This document shows, piece after piece, positions 57,327-64,000 of a DNA stretch of 64,000 nucleotides. A model generated the notes under the pieces. It was not told the origin of the DNA and ran no database searches. It saw only the letters and a list, made by a program, of their open reading frames with translations. The stretch is from Candidatus Jorgensenbacteria bacterium. GTDB taxonomy: Bacteria; Patescibacteriota; Minisyncoccia; UBA6257; GWB1-50-10. Numbering within the stretch: position 1 is the stretch's first letter; each line of letters begins with the position of its first letter. Position numbers and translations under genes: made by a program. The stretch spans positions 771 to 64,770 of the forward strand of contig DRGK01000012.1 in assembly GCA_011050075.1 (NCBI GenBank). The letters are read 5' to 3'.

Positions 57327-59810
57327 TTATACAACAAAATTAATGAGCCTGTCTTTAACAAACACCACTTTCTTTAACTTCCTGTCGTTGAGGTGTTTCT
57401 GAATTGCTTCAGAGGCGAGCGCGGCTTTTTTCGCTTCTGTCTCCGTTATGCCGCGCGGCAACGTAATGGTGTCGCGCACCTTACCATTCACCTGAATCAC
57501 AAGCTCGAACATGTCTTCTTTGATAAATTTAGGACTATATTTTGGCCACGGCTCAGTATGAATTGAGGTTTTATTACCGAGCTCATACCACAATTCCTCG
57601 GTTATGTGTGGCGCAAAAGGAGCGAGGAGTTTTAAAAACAACTGACGATTTGCAACTGACAAATGGCTCCTGTGTTCTTCTATTGCACCAAGGAGCACCA
57701 TTAATGCACTAATAGCCGTGTTGTACTTCAATACTTCAATATCCTCAGACACCTTCTTGATGGTTTTATGGAGTATTCGCTGTAGCAGTACATCTTTCTT
57801 TTTTTCTGGCATCTGGTTCTCGGTATGTAACGACTGAAATAGTTTCCACACTCTGTCCAGGAAACGAACTATTCCCAGTATACCCGCATCATGGAAATCG
57901 CCCCCTTCTTCAAATGGTGCGAGGAACATCAGATACATGCGCAGCGTGTCTGCGCCGAAACGCTCTATGTACTCGTCTGGATTTACTACATTCCCTCGTG
58001 ACTTGGACATTTTTGCCCCATCTTTAATAATCAGGCCGTGCGCACGAAACTTCGGGAATGGTTCTTCCCCGCTTATTGCGGGAAAGGAGAGGAGTTTCAT
58101 GTCCTGCAGTGCGAGTGCAACGAACCGTACATACAGAAGATGGAGCACGGAGTGTTCTGCACCTCCGGTATACAGGTTAACGGGAAGCCATTTTCTAGTG
58201 GTTTTTGGATTCCATGCGTGTTGTTTGTCTGAAGCCGAAGGATAGCGGAGATAATACCATGCGGAGTCTAAAAAAGTATCGGAAACATCTGTTTCACGCC
58301 GTGCCACTTCGTTGCAACCAGGACACGTTGTTTCATAAAACTCGGGCACCGAAGCAAGTGGGGACTTTCCGGTTCCCTCTGGACGAAACTTTTCAATGTG
58401 CGGAAGTTCAACGGGGAGATCTTTCTCTGGTACTGTATACCAGCCGGGCATATCTTTTTGTTCCCCTTTCTTATCCGCAGCACACGCTTTGCAGAAAATC
58501 ATCGGAATAGGAACTCCCCAGTACCGCTGGCGGGAAATAAGCCAGTCGCGGATGCGATACTGCGTTTTATATTTGCCACCGACGTACTTTGTGATTTTCC
58601 GCATCGCTTCTTTTGACTTCATTCCATCAAATCTTCCTGAGTCAACGAGGTGACCATCACCCTCATACGCTTCTTCCAATACAGGACAGGTCGGTGCCGG
58701 ATAATGTGTGCAAATAACCATTTTAACGGGAAGATCAAACTTTTTTGCGAATTTCCAGTCCCGTGTATCATGTGCCGGTACTGCCATAATAGCACCGGTG
58801 CCGTATGATGGAAGTACATAATCCGCAATAAAAATAGGAATCAATTCTTTGTTTGCGGGATTGATCGCTTTTACTCCTACAAGTTCCACGCCGGTTTTGT
58901 CTTTATGCTCAATGCGTTCTTGCTCTGTTTTACTCTTAGTATGTTTTATATATTTTTTAACTTCCTCCTGATTTTTAATTGGCAATTTTGAGACAAGTTC
59001 ATGTTCTGGTGCGAGTACTACATACGTTGCACCAAAGAGTGTGTCAGGACGCGTTGTGAATACCTCTACATAGGTGTTAGATGTTAGTTTTTTGGTTTTA
59101 GATTGTATTTCAAATTTAATGAGAGCGCCTTCGCTTTTGCCAATCCAGTTGCGCTGTGCGATCTTCACGCGCTCGGACCAGTCAATATTCTCAAGATTAT
59201 TGAGCAGTCGTTCTGCATATTTCGTAATGCGGAAAAACCACTGCTCAAGTTCTCGGCTTTTTACGGTCGAATTACAACGCTCACAGTGTTCATTAATAAC
59301 CTGTTCATCGGCGAGTACTGTTTTACACGAAGGGCACCAGTTGACCGACTGCTCCTTACGGTATGCAAGACCGTGCTTCCACATCTGAGTGAATATCCAC
59401 TGCGTCCAGCGATAGTAGGTGGGATCATAGGTTTCGAGCCGCTCGTTCCACGCAAACCCATTCCCAATCGCCTCAAGCTGTTTATAGAAGCGTTTCTCAG
59501 AAATTTTCGCCTGCTCCATAGGATGCGTGCCGATCTTGAGTGCATAGTTCTCAGAATGAATACCGAATCCATCAAGGCCGATAGGCTCAAACACGTCATA
59601 TCCTTGCATACGCTTGAATCGGCCGTAGATGTCGGCACCGGTGAAAGCATATACATTTCCCACATGCAACCCCTCAGCAGAAGGGTATGGAAACATCATA
59701 AGATTATAAAATGGCTTTTTAGCGTTACCAATGTTTGGTTCGTACGTACCGTCCTCACGCCACTGCTTCTGCCACTTTTTCTCTATATTTCTAAATGCAT
59801 ACCGTTTCAT
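57327..59810 (-). CDS. leuS: Leucine--tRNA ligase
   Basis: MFPYPS-LHVGN, FTTRPDT, YGTGAIMAVPAHD, SRQRYWG, GGAEH, KMSKS. Confidence 0.98.
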   Translation of the reverse strand: MKRYAFRNIEKKWQKQWREDGTYEPNIGNAKKPFYNLMMFPYPSAEGLHVGNVYAFTGADIYGRFKRMQGYDVFEPIGLDGFGIHSENYALKIGTHPMEQAKISEKRFYKQLEAIGNGFAWNERLETYDPTYYRWTQWIFTQMWKHGLAYRKEQSVNWCPSCKTVLADEQVINEHCERCNSTVKSRELEQWFFRITKYAERLLNNLENIDWSERVKIAQRNWIGKSEGALIKFEIQSKTKKLTSNTYVEVFTTRPDTLFGATYVVLAPEHELVSKLPIKNQEEVKKYIKHTKSKTEQERIEHKDKTGVELVGVKAINPANKELIPIFIADYVLPSYGTGAIMAVPAHDTRDWKFAKKFDLPVKMVICTHYPAPTCPVLEEAYEGDGHLVDSGRFDGMKSKEAMRKITKYVGGKYKTQYRIRDWLISRQRYWGVPIPMIFCKACAADKKGEQKDMPGWYTVPEKDLPVELPHIEKFRPEGTGKSPLASVPEFYETTCPGCNEVARRETDVSDTFLDSAWYYLRYPSASDKQHAWNPKTTRKWLPVNLYTGGAEHSVLHLLYVRFVALALQDMKLLSFPAISGEEPFPKFRAHGLIIKDGAKMSKSRGNVVNPDEYIERFGADTLRMYLMFLAPFEEGGDFHDAGILGIVRFLDRVWKLFQSLHTENQMPEKKKDVLLQRILHKTIKKVSEDIEVLKYNTAISALMVLLGAIEEHRSHLSVANRQLFLKLLAPFAPHITEELWYELGNKTSIHTEPWPKYSPKFIKEDMFELVIQVNGKVRDTITLPRGITETEAKKAALASEAIQKHLNDRKLKKVVFVKDRLINFVV

Positions 59811-59837
59811 GGGCTGTGTACTGCATTGTAAAACGTA

Positions 59838-60716
59838 TTAAGTGAGCTGTATACCAAAGACCGTTTCGTTGTTTTTAAGAATATGTGTGGAAAGATCTTT
59901 GAGTGGAAGCTGTTTGAGTTCACTCATGCGCTTGGCGACATCAATGACGTATATTGGTTCATTGCGTTTACCGCGGTGTGGAGTTGGCGTAACGTACGGT
60001 GCGTCGGTTTCAATGAGTATGCGTTCCATAGGAATAGCCTTGATAACATTATCGTAGTCGTTGGTAAAGGTAATGACTCCACCGAATGTGAAATATGCAC
60101 CAAGTTGCATGAAACGTTCGGCGGTCTTTAGTGAGCCGACAAAAAAATGTATGACAATACCGGAAAGATCTGCGGCATGAGGCGTGAGTATTTCGAGCAG
60201 GTCTTCGTATGCATCCTGTGTTTTATTTGATGGGCGGCAGTGGCACATGAGCGGCTTGCTCACATCCTTCGCCAGCTCTATGTGTTGTACAAAAACATCT
60301 TTTTGCCTCTCCTTAATTTCAAGCTCTTGTTGTTCTTTATGCGCTGCATTCTCAGCGGAAGCGCTGATTCTGAAGTAATCCAGCCCGCACTCGCCAATAG
60401 CAACCGTTCGCTCGTTTTGAGCGAGTGCAGTGTAGTGTTCTGTGTTAAAAACTTCTTCGCGACTGGTAAATCCTTTTCCACCGCCGAGTTCTTGTGGATC
60501 GTGATATGAACGGTGTGTATGAACAGGATGCAGCCCAATGGCGGCATAAATGTGGTCGTATGTATTTGCAAGCTCAACGCCTAATTGAGAGGTATCTTTC
60601 TGAGTTCCGACCACGAGACAACCAACACCCTTTTTGAGGGTGCGAGCAATAACTTCTTCACGGTCTTTTTCAAACGCCGCAAACTGGATGTGCGTGTGCG
60701 AGTCGAAGAGCTTCAT
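59838..60716 (-). CDS. tatD: TatD-family deoxyribonuclease
   Basis: DSHTH, GLHP, IGECGLDY, HCR, ETDAPY, RNEP. Confidence 0.95.
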   Translation of the reverse strand: MKLFDSHTHIQFAAFEKDREEVIARTLKKGVGCLVVGTQKDTSQLGVELANTYDHIYAAIGLHPVHTHRSYHDPQELGGGKGFTSREEVFNTEHYTALAQNERTVAIGECGLDYFRISASAENAAHKEQQELEIKERQKDVFVQHIELAKDVSKPLMCHCRPSNKTQDAYEDLLEILTPHAADLSGIVIHFFVGSLKTAERFMQLGAYFTFGGVITFTNDYDNVIKAIPMERILIETDAPYVTPTPHRGKRNEPIYVIDVAKRMSELKQLPLKDLSTHILKNNETVFGIQLT

Positions 60717-60719
60717 TCA

Positions 60720-61739
60720 CTATATTCCCAAGCCCGTATCTCGTGCCTTACGTTCAGCAATGTATGAAAACACCTCCTGTACGAGAATAGCAATCGGTAC
60801 CGCGAGAAGCATTCCGAAAAATCCTGCTGCTTGCCCACCAGCGAGCAGTGCAACTAGCACCATAATAGGGTGAACCCGAGCGAGCTTTCGATACACGAGC
60901 GGAACGAGGATATTGTTTTCCAGTTGCTGGACAAGAAAGAAGAATATAAGTACGTACAACGCGAGAGAAAAAGACTCAGAGAGACTAATAAGGAGCGCGA
61001 CGCTTCCCGCGATGATAGGTCCGATGACGGGTACGAGTTCGAAAACAGCCGCGAGCAATCCGAGCGTGAGTGCATATTCTACACCAAGGAGCCATAGTCC
61101 AACACTAACGATAATTCCAATAACCAAACTGAGGCCGAGTTGAGCCAGGAGCCAATGGCGCACCTTGTTTTTGAAGCGTTTGAATACTTCAAGTGCCGTT
61201 TTCTCGTAGATTTGAGGAAGAACCATACGTAGCAGGCGCTCAGGTCCATTTTTTTCAATTGAAAGATAGAACGAGATAACGATTGCCGATACGACAAGAA
61301 TTATGGTTTTGAACACGTTGGAGATTGCGCCACCCAGAGAAATATTTGAGGAGGTGATAAAACTAATTGCTCTATTTAAGCTCGTGTTAATGTCCTGGAT
61401 AGCTGCTTCGGGTATACCGATGCCAAAAAATTGAGAAAACGTATCGTTGAAATATACTATAAAATCACCCGCTTCTGTAATAGCAGTAGGAATAATGAAA
61501 AACATTGCGGTAGCAAAGAAAAGAAGCAAAATCAAAAACACTAAAATAGTTCCAATGATACGGTGCACTCCCCTTTTTTCCAGGAATGTAACAGCAGGAT
61601 CCAGACCAAGCGAAAAGATAACACCAACGAAAAGTATTCCTAACGCTTCCCGAGCAACATAAAGCAGAAGCAACATACCAACAAGAACGAGTATCTGCCA
61701 AATAGTGTTCCATCCAATCTCAATGCGTATCATCTTCAT
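60720..61739 (-). CDS. AI-2E (PerM) family transporter
   Basis: ELVPVIGP, QQLENNILVP, HP, GMLLAVP. Confidence 0.9.
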   Translation of the reverse strand: MKMIRIEIGWNTIWQILVLVGMLLLLYVAREALGILFVGVIFSLGLDPAVTFLEKRGVHRIIGTILVFLILLLFFATAMFFIIPTAITEAGDFIVYFNDTFSQFFGIGIPEAAIQDINTSLNRAISFITSSNISLGGAISNVFKTIILVVSAIVISFYLSIEKNGPERLLRMVLPQIYEKTALEVFKRFKNKVRHWLLAQLGLSLVIGIIVSVGLWLLGVEYALTLGLLAAVFELVPVIGPIIAGSVALLISLSESFSLALYVLIFFFLVQQLENNILVPLVYRKLARVHPIMVLVALLAGGQAAGFFGMLLAVPIAILVQEVFSYIAERKARDTGLGI

Positions 61740-63001
61740 GTATTCAGTATATCAATAAAGCTTTTGTCTTTAAATGGTCCAATGAGCGCGAAGTTGAGTC
61801 CCGCGTTGTGAAAAAAATCATTTGCAACGGCCCTGATATCCATTGCTGTTACTGTGTTAATGTGTTTTGTGAGTTCTTGCGGCTGTATAGGCTTCAGTCC
61901 CATACCAACCTGCATGCCGTAGAAATAACCAATTTCTTCAGCAGCCTCAAGTGAAAGCAGAAGCTTACCGGTAATATGCCGCTTTGCTCGATTGAGCTCT
62001 TCGTCTCCAATGCTTTCTTCACGAAATCGGACAAACTCTTCAAGAACAGCACGGATAACTACTTCAGTCTTAGCACCGTCTATACCGGCGCGTGCGCGAA
62101 GGTAACCATGGTTAGTATATAAGTCAGCGTCGGCACTCACATAATATGCAGCGCCAAGTTGTTCACGAATTCGCTGGAACAGACGTGAACTCATGCCACC
62201 ACCGAGAATGTCTGCGAGTACCTCAAGCGCGAATCGGCGCTGGTCATGAATATCACATGTCCGAAAGCCGAGCACAACGTGTGTTTGCTCTGAATCTTTA
62301 AACTGTACAAGTTCTGCAGGTTTTTTCTGTGATTCACTCACTGCGGGAAGAGGTGTTGGCGGTTGGGGAGGTAATTGTTCAAATAACCGGACTATATCCT
62401 TGGTAGTTTTGGGTGTGTAGTTGCCGGCAATGATAAGAATGGTATTTCCCGAAATGTAATGAGTGTTGCGATATGAGAGAAAATCATCACGACTGAGTGT
62501 GCGAATAACCTCTTTTCTCCCTGCAATATCCCACCCGGCCGGTTGATCACCATAGAGTACCTGTATAAATAATTCCTGTACGCGGCGTGCAGGCGTATCT
62601 TCATACATATTAATTTCTTCAATAATGACGCCTCGTTCTTTTTCAATTTCTTCCTTTGGAAGCGTTGGATTGAGATATAAGTCTGCAATTATGTGAGCTG
62701 CCTCAGAAAAAGATGTATGTTGCACCTTTGCATAATAGCTGGTGAATTCTTGGTTGGTAAACGCGTTATATTCCGCTCCGAGCCCATCAAGCGCGGAACT
62801 GATATCAATTGCCTTTGGGCGATTTTTAGTGCCCTTGAACATCATATGCTCAAGGAAGTGAGAGACGCCGTTTATATTCTTAGTTTCGTACTGGGAGCCA
62901 ACTCTTACGAGCACCATAATAGCACTGATAGGACTGCTTTTCTTTGGTACGAGAATAAGCTCTGTGCCGTTACTGAGAGTCTGACGTTCAAATGAGTACA
63001 T
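61736..63001 (-). CDS. M16-family (pitrilysin-like) zinc peptidase
   Basis: HFLEHMMFKGT, NAFT, ERGVIIEE, GGGMSSRLF. Confidence 0.94.
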   Translation of the reverse strand: MYSFERQTLSNGTELILVPKKSSPISAIMVLVRVGSQYETKNINGVSHFLEHMMFKGTKNRPKAIDISSALDGLGAEYNAFTNQEFTSYYAKVQHTSFSEAAHIIADLYLNPTLPKEEIEKERGVIIEEINMYEDTPARRVQELFIQVLYGDQPAGWDIAGRKEVIRTLSRDDFLSYRNTHYISGNTILIIAGNYTPKTTKDIVRLFEQLPPQPPTPLPAVSESQKKPAELVQFKDSEQTHVVLGFRTCDIHDQRRFALEVLADILGGGMSSRLFQRIREQLGAAYYVSADADLYTNHGYLRARAGIDGAKTEVVIRAVLEEFVRFREESIGDEELNRAKRHITGKLLLSLEAAEEIGYFYGMQVGMGLKPIQPQELTKHINTVTAMDIRAVANDFFHNAGLNFALIGPFKDKSFIDILNT

Positions 63002-64000
63002 TATTAGAAGTATTTAGTTTGTTGGTGAGATAATCAGGAAGCTCGGAAATTAATACACGTTCCTGCTTCATAGTGTCTCGATTTCGTACCGTAACATCAT
63101 TCTGGTTTAAACTATCAAAATCAACAGTAATGCAGTATGGCGTTCCTGCCTCATCTTGATACCGATATCGTTTGCCGATATTGCCTCGGTCGTCCCAATC
63201 AACCATCCACATAACTTTTAAGTCGTCGTAGACGGACCGCGCCAATGTAACTAACTCGGGTTTGTTGGAGAGTAGTGGAAATATCGCAACTTTGTACGGC
63301 GCAAGTTGCGGATGGAGTTTCAGTACGATGCGTATCTCTTTATCGGTTTTTTCTTCATTATACGCGCTGGCAAGGAAAAAGAGTGCTGCTCTGTCTACCC
63401 CACCGGACGTTTCAATGACCCATGGTATATACCTCTCCTTACTTTCCGGATCAAAGTATCGCATGTCTTCTCCCGAGTATTCTTGATGACGGCGCAGATC
63501 CCAGTCCCCGCGATTGTGAATTCCTTCCATTTCTTTCCACTCATTACCAAGCTTGAACTCAATATCACACGCACTCTGCGCGTAGTGTGCACGTTCATTG
63601 GGCTTATGTTCACGGAACCGAAGAAGCTTTTTAGAGAGTCCAAGTGATTGATACCAGCTCATACGCTCTTGTTTCCAGTAATCAAACCAGCGTGTGGCTT
63701 CTTTTTTATTCGGCTGTATATAGAATTGCAACTCCATTTGTTCAAACTCACGTGAGCGGAATGATAGTTGTCCGGGTGTGATTTCATTCCTAAATGCTTT
63801 GCCGATTTGAGCAACTCCAAAAGGAATAGTAACTCGGGAGGACTGCATAACTTGTTTGAAGTTGACGTGTACACCCTGTGTAATCTCTCCTCGCAAGTAC
63901 ACCTTCTGCTTGTCATTCTCCACAGCGCCGAGGGAGGTTTCCATAAGTAGATTAAACTGCCGCGTTTCTCCAAGTGGGGCATTACAGCTTGGACAGAGCC
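62988..64000 (-). CDS. glyQS: Glycine--tRNA ligase, alpha2 type (5' part outside window)
   Basis: FGVAQIGKAFRNEITP, REFEQME, ERAHY, IETSGGVDR, IGKRYRYQDEAGTP. Confidence 0.95.
   Translation of the reverse strand, partial: LCPSCNAPLGETRQFNLLMETSLGAVENDKQKVYLRGEITQGVHVNFKQVMQSSRVTIPFGVAQIGKAFRNEITPGQLSFRSREFEQMELQFYIQPNKKEATRWFDYWKQERMSWYQSLGLSKKLLRFREHKPNERAHYAQSACDIEFKLGNEWKEMEGIHNRGDWDLRRHQEYSGEDMRYFDPESKERYIPWVIETSGGVDRAALFFLASAYNEEKTDKEIRIVLKLHPQLAPYKVAIFPLLSNKPELVTLARSVYDDLKVMWMVDWDDRGNIGKRYRYQDEAGTPYCITVDFDSLNQNDVTVRNRDTMKQERVLISELPDYLTNKLNTSNNVLI

Noticed and set aside
59103-59831. 242-aa plus-strand ORF
   Set aside because: Antisense shadow of leuS.
1-64000. CRISPR array, rRNA, IS transposase, or genetic code 25
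   Set aside because: No regularly spaced repeats, rRNA or transposase motifs were noticed by eye. Conserved genes are full length under code 11 and some end in TGA (polA, jag).

Overview
This is a chromosomal segment from a small-genome bacterium that looks like Patescibacteria/CPR (Parcubacteria-like). The assignment is inferred from compact spacing, a short YebC, an alpha2-type GlyRS, a CPR-style pilin/VirB4 cluster and a TM-anchored Clp ATPase. TGA is used as a stop codon (code 11). The window spans the replication origin (dnaN-oriC-dnaA / rpmH-yidC-jag). It carries many housekeeping genes: clpP, tyrS, murB/C/D/E, ruvA/B/C, infC-rpmI-rplT, smpB+tmRNA, ileS, rpsT, holA, pilB, tsaE, polA, PBP1A, rsmA, leuS, tatD, glyQS and three tRNAs. 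It also holds an 11-kb T4SS-like cluster. The strongest leads are: (1) a stand-alone, non-phage adenylosuccinate-synthetase homologue with PurZ/PurZ0 (2-aminoadenine, Z-base) signature residues; (2) a radical SAM/SPASM enzyme followed by a precursor-like peptide with six Cys-x-Pro units (candidate new RiPP) and a convergent HExxH protein; (3) a promoter-driven, about 150-nt rod-shaped RNA resembling 6S RNA; (4) an unannotated, very acidic 55-aa microprotein with its own promoter and terminator; (5) a histidine-phosphatase domain inserted in IleRS; (6) a tmRNA-adjacent islet with pabAB, dut and a GIY-YIG remnant; (7) a pattern of leaderless core genes versus Shine-Dalgarno-led accessory genes. 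All calls come from reading motifs by eye; no searches were run.
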